Source: Pocillopora damicornis (Eukaryota). Taken from it: a stretch of DNA of 64,000 nucleotides. Both the position numbers and the translations under genes were made by a program. Positions 35,001 to 50,000 of the stretch are shown piece after piece. The DNA is taken from assembly GCF_003704095.1 (NCBI RefSeq), contig NW_020845812.1, positions 744,001-808,000 of the forward strand, in the 5' to 3' direction. The notes under the pieces were generated by a model. It made no database searches and had not been told where the DNA came from. It was given only the letters and a program-made list of their open reading frames with translations. Each line of letters opens with the position of its first letter. Position 1 is the first letter of the stretch.

Positions 35001-38000
35001 GACGGCAAACTGGTTTGTCAGATGAACTGAACCATCTGCTTCAAGAACTTACCACCCTCAACAGACATGATAATGCCAAGGTGGCACTTAGAGCAAGACA
35101 GGTTTGTTCGACTATTGTTACGGTCGTTACTTTGAAGGGTTAGCGCGGCACTGAGGTATTACTTGGGGCTTTTGCGCTCAAAGTGATTGCCATTTATTTG
35201 AATAACATCAAATGAAACACCTTTGGAGGTTCTTTTAAAATGAGAATTCGTGCTTACGTTTGGGTGAAATGGGATTAGTCTCGTAAAAGCAAATTGTACT
35301 GCGCTTCTGAGGTTCTTTCGATCTTAATGAATTTCGTGGTACCTTAGTTTGGTCCGTTTCAATCTTCTTTTTTCTTAGGCCTTGCTAGCTTCACAGCAAC
35401 CATCCTATGAACTTCGTCACAATCAGATTGAATCACTGTTTCTTTCCGGCATTGACATGTACGGTAACCAGATGTCTTCCGACAGTTTTCAGGTATAGTT
35501 AAAGGTTGCTCTCCTACAAAATCCCCATTCGTACATAACTAGGAAACACCTTCGATGGTTTGGTTTCTCTCCATTTTTATGGTGAAAACCGACATGAGTT
35601 GGGAATCTTATGATGCGCTTTACTTTTGTGAAGAAAAGGTAATGCATCTATGATATTTGAATAACCTTCCATTCTCCCAATTGCTGGTAGGACGCCACTG
35701 CACTCCCTATTAGTGTTGTTTTATCCCCTTTCCCCCCCCCCCCCCCCCCCCCCCATATGATGGCCCTCGAAAAGAACAGCATTCGTCCCAGTATCAACAG
35801 AACTCACCTTCTGTTACCCTAACTCTTCTGTTACTTACAGCATCTTGCCAAACCCCACGGGGCCGATGCATAGTAAACGAAAAAGATGACCGCAAGCATG
35901 ATAACAACTGTTTCTTTATGGGAAATGATGAGTAAATATTTAAAATGTGCTTTTGTCACAGAAATTGATTCTGTCAGAGAACGCTATCTTTGACATTCTT
36001 CCAAGCTTCTTCTACCACTCCAGTGAAGCCGTGAAAAGGGCAGCTTTGGAGGTATGGTGATGTAATGATGATATACACGCTTATAATACTTCAAATATTT
36101 TTGTGCGCGTGTGATTGGCCTAAACGCATCACGTGATTAAACTGGGGAATATCCGTGGATAAACCCCAGTGATATTCCCCAATTTTAAAACCTTACATCC
36201 ATACGGAAAACTCCTTGTTTAAAATTTAAGTACGTTGTCTGGTTTTTACAAAACACATTTGTCCTTGGACGTCATCTGTTTATCGAAGCTCACAGTTTTC
36301 TGGAGCTTCTCTCTTGGAAAACTGTTCGTACGTTGGAACGGGTAGTGTCAGCAGACAAAAAGCCATGCTTATTTTCGCGCCAAATGGAGGCAACTGTTTA
36401 TATATTTAATTTTTTAATCACTCTGTTGTATCTCTGACGAGGGATATTTCCTTACACCATGTTCTGTAGGTTTACATCAGACGTAGTTACCAAGCCTATG
36501 AACTCACCACATTGTACCACGAGAAGGTAAATAGTTATATAACTTTAAAGATCTCTCAGTTATTCCTTAGCTTTATTCAATCACTACACCAACCGACGTT
36601 GTTGGTAACGTTGGCTTAAAGAGTTTCCTTTAAGACAAATTCATCAGAATGGCCTTTCTTTAAAACAATAATAACAGTTTGTAGCATGTATTATGGTCTT
36701 CACAATCAGATATTGTTCGTTTTTTGAGGGAGAGTTCCTTTGTCAATAATGAGTATTGTATTTGAGTCTTATTGTACCTGCCTTGTGATCAGGGATGGAA
36801 CCCAATTAGAGAAACTGAGCTTAAGGCAGTACTGGGTGGGAGACAAGTCTTCTATTCTGTGGTCCTCCTGACGCTTGTTCGTTTGAGTACGCTGCTCAAG
36901 AAGTTAACTTTAGAATTAGTATCTTTTCTTTCAACTTAAATGCTACTTAAGATCCTGTATCACGAGCTAAGTGGAAACAAAGATCAGAATAAGAGACGTA
37001 ATCTAATATTAACCGTGAAGTCTTTTGATAACCTTTTGCTGTATTTTCTGTTTTCTTAGATCGACGAAAATGTCTTAATTGTGGAGTTCCAGTTTATTCT
37101 TCCAAGTGCACATCCAAACAGGTTTGTTGTGCTCTAGCACACATTTTGACATGTCCCAGCGACTTTTACTGACTGCTTTTGTCTTGTGATTCTTAGGATG
37201 CCACAAAGAGTTCCTTCTAGTAGAACTGTTCTTGCCATGCCAAGGGTAAGGTTACATTTGTCTTAGAAAAAAGTCCTATCGAATTTCTTACTGTTTTAGC
37301 CCTGTTTCAATGTTTAATGTCGCTTTGTTTCCCTTTAGGTTCGCAGTCTTAGTGAAGATATGTATGACCTAATCAATCAGCAGCCTTTACAGCCATGCCA
37401 AAGAACCGGTGTAATGGCAGCGTTTCAGTCAATGGGTGAATTCGAAAAGTAAATTTTTCTTATATTTGTTGTCTATTAATAGGGACGGTCTTTCACCCCC
37501 CTAAAGGTGCACACATCCTTACGAAGCATTTGATTTTCACCCCCGAATGTCCTTTTTCTTTTTATTTAATAGAGTGTATGTACTTTCTATTAGTTTTTAT
37601 TGTACTCTGCCATCGCAGCGTCCAGTCCATTTTCTTGATAAGGTCTAGGCCACTAGTATGATTTGTCAGTAATGACTGGTTGACCTTTACTGAAATAATT
37701 TTGTTCACAGAGAATTTGGAAAGGAGTACCCACAACCCCTCCGAAAACATCTTACTTGAATAAAAACAAGCAAAGACTATGTTTAAGTGTCATCTTCTTA
37801 TTCTTTTCCAGGAATTTTGAGGAAATCATGAATCGTTTTGAGCCTACAACCCCAGAGCAGTTGTCCCCATCACCAATGGGAAGGAAGATGAGCTTGGATC
37901 CTGTGTTTGAAGCTGAAAATAAGCCAGCGGTAAGAATAACGTGAAGCAACGTCAATATATTTGAAATTATTTCATGGAAACGAAGAGAATTTCCTTTAGA

Positions 38001-41000
38001 TCAATTTTCTATTAATTGTCCAATGTAACCTGGGATTGTTTGCTTTTGCTTTACTTTGCTCCGTGATTGGTCTAGAAAACTTGCCCGACTCCCTCAACAA
38101 ATCAGATTCAAACCTAAAACCAATCGCGATTTTGTCATTCGCGCTTTCCTACGCTTTAGGCAGTTTGCTTGTTTTTGCTTTGAGTTTTCATTGGCTCGTT
38201 GTGATATTTTTCTCTGTTCTGATTAGCTGTTGTGATTTCTTTAGTTTAAGTTCTACGACACTCCATTTGAAATGCGCTCTAAATGAAGCGAAACTGCAGG
38301 ATAACACCTTTTAGAGTAGCCAGGCACTAAAGAGTTAGGAAGAATAAAAAAAAGAAAAGAACGCAGCCCGTAACCGACAAATTTTTACAACAAAATAACC
38401 GATATTGGTGGAGAGGGACAAATGGTGGCTTTTCTCCTATAACTGCATGCGTGGTCAGCGGTCAGGTTTTTGTTTTAGCCATGGCATATCTGTATATGTT
38501 TTACTCTTCCAGTTAGTTTAAGCGTGGAGTGTTTATCTTCTCAAACATTGTCGCTGTCTGTTTGTTGAGAAGAAGTATTTTGGTTTGTATTTTTTATTAG
38601 TTTCGAGATTGGGTGTAAGTTCCTTCCAATTACCTTTTTTGTTCAGTGATAAAGAACAGAAATTGTATTTATTAGAACTACAGTATTTAAGCCCATGCAT
38701 GTGCAAGTGAATATTTTCAGAGTGCGAGTTTTTGTTTATATTACTTTTTTGTTTTGATTTTGTTTTTAGCCTGGTGCTGGAAAGGAAGAAGAACCAATTC
38801 ACATTATAAACGTCGCTTTGCGAGTTGAAAAGAATTGCAAAGATGTGGAAATCTGTCGAAAGCTGGTGTATGAGTTTACACAATCCAAGGTAAGAATTGC
38901 TTTGTTTTATTTTTGTTTTATTGTTTTGTTGTTTTTTTTGGTTATATTTTTTTCTTTTTTTTCGCAAGGGGGGATCAAATTAACTCACTATAGAAGTGCT
39001 GCCGGAGTCTTGCCTTAAAGCACAACACAGTTACTATATCCAGGGGTATATAAACCCGAAGCAATTGATCCAGAGTCCAGCGCACTAATCATTAGGTCAC
39101 GATTTCTCCTACATTTGCTGCAGGCAGAGAGTTTCTTAAATTTACGCCAGCTTTGGATCTTCTACCCAGTTAACTTTTTACGAAATGCAGAAAAAGTGTA
39201 AAAGCAGAAGGTATTCTTTTTTGAGCCAATCATTCCACTAATCGTTTTTTCTTGTTATTATTTAGAAAGAGATTTTGAAGGACAAGGGAATCAGGAGAAT
39301 CACTTACCTATTAAGTGATTGTAAGGTAATGCAATTATTTCGTGTACTCGGTATGAGCATGTTTTGTGACTTGCGAGGACGGAAGGAAATATCGCATATT
39401 TATGTTGATAGCGATCGTGGTGATCTTGGTTTTTCTCTTTTTTCCGTTTTATTTATTTTTTCCTTTTTTTTTTTGACAACTGTCATTGAGAAAGGGTGAT
39501 CACATGAATTTTTTTTTTACTCTAAATAAGAATAGGAGGTCCACCATTACACTGCTTTTCCTGCACTACCGTTTGTAATGTATATAAAAAATGTCCGCCA
39601 CAAGTCTGATACAAACCAGCACCATTGGCAACTTGATGCACAAACTAAAAATAGGAGAAAGAGCTCTCAATCCAAAGCACTCTGTTTGTAGTATGATAGA
39701 CACAATGCTATAGAGGTTGATAAATTATGGCGTATTCAGCAGGGCATGATGCCATGGTTCTTCACCTTCCGAGCTCGGGACGATGTGAGTATGCGACTGT
39801 TAAAAAAAAAAAAACGTTCTCCTGATATATGTGTTTATAGTAGGTTGATCGACATGCGAAGAGAGAGGACTTAAAGAAAGGACTTGTCAAAGATCCGGTT
39901 TGTTGGTATAGAAGAAATAACAAGGGAATTTTCAAGATGTTAACAAAAGTTCTTCTCCTTCACTTCTCCATTTTTAATGGTTTGCTTTACAGTTTTCTTT
40001 GCTAGTACTTAAAGTGAAACATTTTCCGTTTAAAGTTTGCCAAAGGAAGCTCTGTAATTAAATTCGGCTTCAGGTCGACAAAAGCACCCGGTCTGCTCTA
40101 CCCATGATCCTCTCGTTGGTACCGTATTCTGAGCAACAGACCAGTATACGGAAGGTTACGGGCTTGCCCCTGTGAGGGTATTGAGACTTCTTTACTTCGG
40201 CAGTAGATAGAAATCTTGTCCTAACTTGTGCCGTTGTATTTGTTTACCTTCCTTTTAGTTCGAAGAAGATTCCATTTATCGTCACTTGGAGCCAGCTCTG
40301 GCATTCCAGTTGGAGGTTAATCGTTTACGAAACTTTGACTTGGAGACGATTCCAACTACAAACCACAACATTCATTTGTACCTCGGGTCAGCTAAGAAGG
40401 TATTCATTAATCTTAAAAGGTTCCTGTAACCATGATTTTGTGTCTGCTTTGTGTTGGTTCATAGTGGTTGGAAAAAGCTGTTACACCGCTTGATCAGTGA
40501 ACAATGCAAAGGCAGGACACTTGAAGGACCATAGCCCTTGAAAAGTCCCATTGATCTCCAATAAAATTACTTAAACCTCTTCAAGGGAATGCTTTGATGG
40601 AAGAGGATGTGAAAAAAACTATCTGTTAATTATAATTTTGAAAAATTTCCTAAGGCTAATTTCGATATTGTTTGGTGTAGCATTGACATTGTAAAGATAA
40701 TCTGAATGAGGTGGCAGTGTGTTAAGTTAAAAAGAAGGAATATTGTTCTGAAGCTGATGATGTCAATATTATCATATTTTGCGCAGATTTCAGCTCACTC
40801 AGAAGTCACAGACCACAGGTTCTTCATCAGAAGTATTGTGAGACATTCGGATTTCATTACCCGGGTAAGACCTTACTGACGCACTTTTTTGAGTTACCCT
40901 ATAGACAGCGGTATTATGTTCCATTACGAGATGTTTTCAATATGAAGAAGTTACAACTTGCGTTTCTTTTCTCTTTAATAGGAGGCGTCATTTGAATATA

Positions 41001-44000
41001 TGGAAAAGGAGAGCGAGATCCAACTCCTCGAGTCTTTAGATCAACTGGAAGTTTGTGTTTCAGAGACTGTAAGTCTTCTTTTGTGCATTAAATGTTTAAT
41101 TTTTGCTACCAGTATCATATGCTATTAATAAACTTCCAGCAAACGGCACGATGAAATAATTCCATGGTTATTTGCTTTGCAACATCCATTTTGAAATCAT
41201 AGGTGATCTCTAAAATCTGATTGGTTCCCAGTGGTGCAGTTAATTAACGAAACGCACTATTATTTGCTCTAAATCGCATCTTTCCCCCGGCCAAGAAGAA
41301 AATAAATGGAAAACAAAACAAAAATTCAGATTTCAAGGCTCAATTAGTAGTAATACGTAGAGCAAGCTTGTTTTGTTTATTTTCTATGTAAAGTGAAATT
41401 GTCGCAGCTGATTAGGATGCAAAAGTATAACAGTGAAAAGATCAAAGCACTGGTCACTGGAAAGTTGATATTTAAAAGACCACCTCCTGAAGTGGCCAGT
41501 TTTACAGAATAGCAACAATTTTCTTGTCTCAAATTGCTTTCTTTGACAGATCTAATAAGTGAGCACCTACGACTGGGTGCCTACGGGAGTTTCGATTATA
41601 GTAGTTTCAATTTGGGTGAGGCCAGTGTGTTTTTCCTTGCAGCCCAAGAGAACAGACTGCAATCACATTTTCCTGCACTTCGTGCCTTGTGTCATTATTG
41701 AGCCAAACAGGGTAGGTCTGCTTAATCTTGTACGATTTAGGTCTTACGGGGATAACTGCATTTAAACATGATAATGACACTGTTTTAAAGTGGTTTGATT
41801 GTACAGGGGAGGAAAAGGTAAACGATAGCAGTTAAACGGTCCATCAGTTGAAACGGATTGTTTTTCTACCAGACCGGTATGATTCAGGTGATGATTTTAT
41901 TGATAGCATAAAACATGACAGATTTTCCGATGAATTCTGCACTTTTGACAGATTGAAGAAAGTATACGTCACATAGTCACGCGATATGGCAGACGGCTGT
42001 GGAAGCTGCGTGTGCTTCAAGCTGAAATGAAAGTCACTATCAGGTATTGAGCGATGTTGGGGTATTTAACCAGAGTTTTATATAAATACCTGTCGATTTA
42101 TGTTTTTACACTAAATAAACGCGTGAGACGCTGCGGCCAAACGATAGCTTGCTGGTCTTTGGATCAAAGGTTACAAATGTCAGCTCCGTTCGAGTCATTA
42201 CGGTATGTTTTTTCCTTGTGGTGCCTCTCTCCACTCAAGAGTGCGAATGATGGCTTCCAAGCAAATTTAGCGAAATGCGTAAGGAAGGGAGGGGAGGGTA
42301 TCCAAAGGAGAGTGGTGATGCTCTCAACCGCTCAATGCTAGTCGAAAGCTGGGCTACTTTGAGAGTTATTCTTTGTTTTTATAGTCTTTATCTTTGAATT
42401 ATTTTATATTCTAGGCTCACTCCCACTGGAAAAAAGATTCCTCTGAGGGTGTTTATGTCCAACGAGTCCGGATATTATTTGGGCTTCCATATCTACCGAG
42501 AGATAACGGACCCAAGGACAGGACAGGTAAGGATTTCGAGAAAATCGTACATATATTTAGCAAAGCGGCCATCGCTTACTAGTTCGAGGCTCTTGCAACA
42601 GGGGATGAGACAGTGGTTGGTGTGATGTCAGAAAACTGATGATGCAACTGTCACTGAATTTATGTCTACTTGTTCCTCTCACAAGTTAGAGTCGCGATCA
42701 ATTGTAGAGTCAAAGTATCAGTCGAGGACGCAACGTTCCGATTGCTATACTGATATGGATGGTCTTCGTGAAGTGATGATTTTGAATAATTTCGTGCTGC
42801 TGCAACTGATAGCTTTGCTTTACAATTGATGGTAACTGTTCACCCTGACGTCTAATTTCTTCTCACAATATCACGCTTGACTCAAATGTAAAGGTCATGA
42901 GAATGATGTCAATGATCAACAATTGAAGAAACTTTTGATTGTCAAAAATATTCTCCTCGTTATAACCAGAGGAAATGTAGAGAGATCAGTGTGGAGAATA
43001 TCAATACTAATCTAAGGGTATAAAGGTTTAATCATAAGAAAAACGTACCTAAGTGCCTGAATTTGGACCTTTCGATCCAGATTTCTGTTCGCCACTTACT
43101 ATTCCACTGCGTAACGTATTTAACGTATTCAAGAAGGACCGCGATATAATTATTTAGTAAACCCTCAAACTTGTGGTACAAGTCTCGCTTGAAAAAGATA
43201 AAACGTTTCTTTATACAGTGTGTGGATATCTACAATATGTGCTTTGGTAGTCGTTCTTTCACTTTTTTTATTAACCCTTGATACCGGATCATTGTATAGA
43301 TTGTGTTTGAGTCCTATGATCAGAAACAAGGTCCTCACCACGGACTCCCTGTAAGCACCCCTTATGTCACGAAGGACCACTTACAGGTAACTACTGCCGT
43401 CAAATTGGCTCGCCAGTGTGTTTCTTATCATAATTATGGTGATGATGTATGCTGAACCTTATATTGATGCTTGAAGATTGTGAATTGCTGGAATATTTTA
43501 GATTGAAGGGAAATGTAGCTTCAATCAGCACTAACTGTTTTGACATAACAAGAGTTGTATACAGATTCTAAGATATATAGATTTTTTTTTTTTTTGGTCA
43601 GAGCTGGATACAACTTAAACGTTACGAGACATCTAGGTATATTGCAGTTTGAGAGATTTCTCGCTCACCTAGCATCATAGCTCTAAGAAAATTTACAAAT
43701 AGGTAGAAAGACGAAAAAATTGATAGGTAATACTGTTGTGGTACCTTATCAATGCTAAAAACGACGGTTTATTTTTCGTAAGGATAAATTTACCATTTTT
43801 TTTCTTTAGCTGAAGCGCTTTTCGGCACAGACTCTTGGAACAACCTACGTGTATGATTTTCCGGAGCTTTTTCAGCAAGTGAGTCATCTGCCTTACTGCC
43901 CTAATAGAATTTAGGGTATAACTTCTCCCAAAGTTAACAGGAAATCTAATCCTAGGAGATTTCTAATTGTAGCTTGAAGAGAGATCCGTTTGGTATGCTG

Positions 44001-47000
44001 AAGAGAGGTTTCGAAGTATGACGTGTTCAAAACACAGCAAATAACAAAAGTTGATCTTTTTCCTGTCTCCTTGGAGCTGCTTTTACTCTCAAGTCGAATA
44101 GTTTTAGGTTATTTTCAAGAAGAGTTTAAGGCCACATTTCTGCAGCGTGGATTTAGAGCCCACGCGAAAAGTGAAGTGAAACGTGGTATTCCACATGTAC
44201 AGANNNNNNNNNNNNNNNNNNNNNNNNNNNNNNNNNNNNNNNNNNNNNNNNNNNNNNNNNNNNNNNNNNNNNNNNNNNNNNNNNNNNNNNNNNNNNNNNN
44301 NNNNNNNNNNNNNNNNNNNNNNNNNNNNNNNNNNNNNNNNNNNNNNNNNNNNNNNNNNNNNNNNNNNNNNNNNNNNNNNNNNNNNNNNNNNNNNNNNNNN
44401 NNNNNNNNNNNNNNNNNNNNNNNNNNNNNNNNNNNNNNNNNNNNNNCAATGGAAACAATGGTGTTCTAAACACAAGGAGGAAAAATGCCCCACCAATGTT
44501 GTAAGTTTATCATGTCATGTCTTTCATGCAGTCTCTCAGTAGCATGCATCTTTGTTTTAGACCTAGTATTAGGCCTATCATCCATAATACAAAGGCGTTC
44601 TTTGAATCAGTTACAAAATCGTACGTATGTTTATAGGTTTGGTGGGGCTGACTGTTTACACTGAACTATTGTTATCTAGTCTTGAGCACAATACTGAACA
44701 ATATAAATAAAAAAGACAATATGCTGCTTAAATGGTGTGAGGTTTCTCGTTTTCTCATTTCCATAGTCGTTTTATTTCAGATGAAAGTTACGGAGTATGT
44801 TTTGGATGAAAACGATCAACTTATGCCAATGAACAGATTGCATGGAGAGAACACTGTAAGTGATATATACCACCAACACACAGGTAAAAATGCTTGTGGA
44901 TTATATTCTGTGTTCTACTATAGGCAACATTAACACGACTTTTATGACTTAGATTGGAATGATAGCATGGAGACTGCAATGTATAACACCAGAATGTCCA
45001 GAAGGACGCGAGGTTAGTAACTTAACTTACTTGCTTACTTCTCCTTTGAGTGCCTCTGATAATCGTTAGAGCCAATGGAAGCTAATGAAATATCAGGAAG
45101 ATAACCCCAAGAACTTAAAGCAATCTTACTTAGTCAAGCTCAAGCGCGAAAATGATTGGCTGAGAGAGTGGAGAGTAACCTGTTCTGGGATCTCGGCCAA
45201 TGAAACGAGCGACAAAGCTGGGAAGGGTTCCGGAGAACCTAAGATTTTTTCCAGGCAAAGTAGGGCGATTTGTCAGAATGGGATGAATTAGTTCGACCCT
45301 ACACTGCTTTGAAGTTATGGAAACTTAGTTTACTTACTGCCTATTGTTTTTTTTTGTTTTGTTTTCATTTATTTTGTCTACGCTTTGTTTATAGATGATT
45401 GTTGTTGCCAATGACATCACAGTGATGATCGGCTCATTTGCTCCCCCAGAGGACATGCTTTTCAAGGTAATGTTGTAGTTACTTGACCAAATGAATTCGA
45501 GGTTTATGTTATAGTAAGAATAATCGATAACTTAGCTTTTAAAAAAAGCCAAGAACTAGTAAATATTTTGTACAGTTCACTCAACAAATTCCTGGAACTA
45601 GCGATAGACCTCTTTCCAAAATAAGAGAAAACTGGGAATGCTAAATGTTTAAGTCGAGGGTTAGCATTTCAGGGAGTTCTCCGAACTACGGTTCGTTGTT
45701 ATTGCTGGTGAAATACTTCTCAGATGGTAAGTTACCACCAGAATGACTCCATAGCTATTAAAGTTCAACTGAATTCAAACATTACTTTTGTTTTCAGTGT
45801 TCTAATTTATCTTTTCTGATCTTACTTTCAGAGAGCTTCTGAAATGGCAAGGGCTCAGGGCCTACCATTTGTGTATATCTCTGCTAACAGCGGTGCTCGC
45901 ATTGGATTAGCCGAGGAAGTAAAGCACCACTTTAAAGTGGCCTGGAATGATCCCCTTGCACCCGAGAAGGTCATAGGATTTTTAAATTTGTCTCATGTTA
46001 TTTTATTGTTATTTATTTTTTCTTTTTTTTTTGTAGAGTATACCTGATGATTAGATACGCCAGAAAAGAAAAAAAGACATCAGAAGTTTTTCATCTAATT
46101 AGCTCTTTAAATTAGCTTAAAATTTGAACCCAGGAAGCAGTCGGAAGATGACGTTAAAGTTTTTGTCACGAAAATAAATATAATTTCAGTTAGACCTTTG
46201 TTCTCCACACGTTAGACAGGCAGTATGTGCTACCAGATTTAAGTTACCGATAAGTCAATCCCGGAAACAGAAACTTTTCTATGTAAGTTAATCCTACTAT
46301 GAGTTAGTTGTCTTCTGTTTGACTTAAAGTTTATTTATCTTTTCAGGGCTTCAAATATATTTATGTCACTCCCAGTGACTTCAAAAAGGTGAGAGTGGTG
46401 TCATGATTTTCGTTCTGGTGTTTCATTTTCTTAACCTGCTTACCTGTATTTAGGGAGCGAGAATCGTTTTGTGCTCTTGTACGCTGACCCATTCTTATCT
46501 TTCCAAACACTCCTAGAAGGAAGAAATATAACTACCTGTTTTATGCCTAGTTACAGAGCATTGGTAGCACTAATCGGAAGGTCTTTGGTTCGGTTTCGGC
46601 TTCGGCCTCTGTCGGAGGTACTCGGATGTCAGCTCTATTAGCCGAATTTCCCTCTCCACTGACTGACAAAGAGAGTTTCCTCCTTAGCTCTAGATACCTA
46701 TCGTTCAGCAGTTTCTATTGAAACGTGATGTGATCATGTTTTATCATTCCAGCTGAGTGCCACAAACTCCATGCATGCTGAACTGATTGAAGATGACGGC
46801 GAGTCCCGATACAAAGTCACTGACATCATAGGTGAGCATTAATCACACTGCATTGTAATGAATAAGTGTGAAGAGTCCTCTTCGAGCCATTAGAAGTCAT
46901 ACATCTCTATAATCAATTATCATGAACTTTTGCTCTGAGGTTGTATCTCATTAGTTATTTACATACTCTCTGCAGGGCGTGATGATGGTATCGGAGTGGA

Positions 47001-50000
47001 AAATCTAAAAGGGTCTGGCATGATCGCCGGAGAGATGTCCGCTGCTTACGATGATATCGTGACCATGAGTCTTGTAAGTAGCTGTTCATTGTAATGATTT
47101 TGAAAATTCGAGAACTGTTGGAGATCGATCGGAAAAATATTTCAAAACTGTGCGTTTTCTCAATTCAAATGTTTGTTGACTGATCAGTTTGAATGAAGAA
47201 CTTTTACAGTCCTCAGCAACCGAGCAACGAAGACAAAAATGATAGAACTTAAAAAATAAGGTGGCCGAATCTGACAATCTTGTTTTATGTTATTACTCAG
47301 TCCATGCATTGAGTTCGCGTGCTACTTGGTAAACAGTTTTCTTGAAGCGATTGGGTTACAAAAACTATCCCCTGTACGCAAATGTTAACATGATAAATAC
47401 GAGATCGCCTTACCTCTTTTAAGTTGTGTTTTCCCCTTTTGTAGGTTACGTGCCGTGCTGTTGGTATTGGTTCTTATCTCGTTCGTCTTGGTCAGAGGGT
47501 TATTCAAGTAGAGAATGCGCATGTTATACTCACTGGATCTGGAGCATTGAACAAGGTAGAGACCTTTTAAGTCTAAGCTTGAAATTATTTTTTGTTCCCT
47601 CAGTTATCAAAAAAATGACAGAAACCTTGGCGGATAATACTGTTTCGTTTATTTAATAGATATTTCCTCTCTTAGGTCCTTGGTCGCCAGGTTTATACGT
47701 CAAACCTTCAGCTGGGAGGACCTCAGATTATGCACAATAATGGTGTGTTGATACGCGCATTTTTGGGGGGTGTAGATAGATAGTAGTTTTTTTATCACAG
47801 TCTCAACATTGCACATTGTATTCTTAGTTGCAGAGCCGAATTTGCCATATCCGCCGTCACTCATTATTTTATTAATGCAGAAAATAACACATTTGATCTA
47901 AATCCTCCAGCCAGAACTAAGTAACAAAACCTTCGAAACCCTTTAAGCTCATATTTCCTGACAGATCCACGAGACGATTTGCAACTGCGTGGAACGCATC
48001 TCTAACAACGAATCTACGTTTCCAAAGGGCTTATTTTGTTCTGAAACTTATTTAAGGGCTTATTTTAAGTCTCTTTTCTTGAGATGGAGGAGGAGGCAGT
48101 GTGGCCGAGTGGTTAAGGCGATGAACCTGTCATCTGGTGGTCCCGGGTTCACTGGGTTTGTTGTCGATTGCTCCGAGTTCATCTCCTTGGCTGAGCTCTG
48201 ACACCGACCAGTTGGCATTTTTAAATGCTATGTTTAATTATCTTGTTTGTTTCAATATGTTTTTACGTCAACTAATGTTGTTATTCATAGATTGTTATTA
48301 CGATTGGGATTTACTCCTGGCGTTGTATAACAGGGAACAACAGCCCCCTTATACTTAAAGTGGTACATTCGCTAAATTCCCATAACTGAATCTATGCCTA
48401 CGCTCTCTACAGGCGTGACTCACATGGTAGTTGCCGACGATTTTGGAGGAATTTCCGCTATCGTGCAGTGGCTTTCGTATGTTCCTAAGGTAAGTATATC
48501 ACTAATGTAACAATTCTCGTTGACAACTTTGCTGAAAAAACTCAATTTCGTTATTTTTTATTTTTTGTATTTTTGCATCTTGTCATTTTGTTGTTTGTAT
48601 TTAGTGCAAAAATGGTCCTCTGCCGATCCTAAAGACGAGTGATCCTGTTGAGAGAGAAATTGAGTTTGTCCCACCCAAGACACCATATGATCCTCGGCAC
48701 TTGATCTGTGGAGCACCACATCCCGGTAGGTACTTTAAAGTTTAAAGTGCTCAGATTCATGAATTTAATCCTAGTCACTGAAGAAACGTTTGCTCTCTGC
48801 TTGTCCGTTCAACCTCGCGCGATTTCGATAGATGCAAAGCAAAAATTTTTCCAGCTTTAAAACAGAGAACAATGACTTTATCTATTTGTATATTTTTGGT
48901 TATGTGGTTATATTTTATATACTATTTGTTTATGGGTCGTCATGGTTGTGGAACGAAACATAAGTTAGCACATCAAGGGTTTAACCAACGGAGTGTGCAA
49001 TGGTTTGCTGTAGGATAGAGTCAGCTATTCATTGTACTTTACTGTTACATGAGTTACAAGGCAAAAATAAAAAATACACCACTTTCGTGTGTCTTGATGT
49101 ATCATGTATCATTAAGTTTCGCGAGGGCGTTCTTTGCGTCGTTGAAAGCGTCTATATAACTTTCCTACAAGAGCTATTGACTTTGTTGATTGCTCTGTTT
49201 TGTAGAAAATGAGGATGTCTGGCTTAGTGGCTTCTTTGATAATGGTTCCTTTGTGGAAACTTTAGACGGTTGGGCAAAGACTGTCGTGTGTGGAAGAGCA
49301 AGGTAACTTAAGTGACGAGTGATCTGTTTTTTTTTTGTTGTTTGTTAGTGAGGCCATTTGTTATCTTCGACCAAGTTTCATTTTTTCGTAATATTTATTG
49401 TTTATGTAGGCTGGGTGGTATTCCAATGGGAGTGATAACTGTCGAAACCAGAGCAGTTGAAGTTGTTATTCCTGCAGATCCTGGCAATCCTGATTCCGAC
49501 ACCAAGGTATGAACGCACTTCCTCTGTGTTAATCCTGAAATACTGGCTCGGTCAACAGGTCTACTCTTTTTTTAAGGAATTCCTTTCATATGGCGTCTCC
49601 AAAGCATTGAACACCACTCGGTGTTAATTTGTTGTTTGCAACTAATGCCACAACAAGAGAGGGGATTGAAAAGTCGACATGTCAGGAAAGGCTTCAGAAT
49701 TTTACCCACTGACTAATATATCTAAAATATTAAATGCGCATCTTCATTTTTGGGAGAGGTATTTATTATGAGAGAGGATCATCTTAATTGTTACCTAGGG
49801 ACACGACAGAAGAAGTTTAGCAGGCAAGGAATACTCAATGAAATAGTTATTCCTTTAATCACTGTTATCTCTGTTCATTTCAGATTCACGCCCAAGCAGG
49901 GCAAGTGTGGTACCCAGATTCTGCCTACAAAACCGCGCAAGCCATCCGTGACTTCAACAAAGAGCAACTCCCTTTGATGATTTTTGCCAACTGGAGAGGA

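Noticed and set aside
44023-44542. Long ORFs spanning X runs (also 51368-51846, 59112-59619, 3081-3340)
   Set aside because: Artefacts of N gaps; only the flanking exon pieces are real.
48090-48160. tRNA gene
   Set aside because: It has an A box and a partial B box, but no T-arm completion or acceptor-stem partner, and it continues into a SINE-like body.
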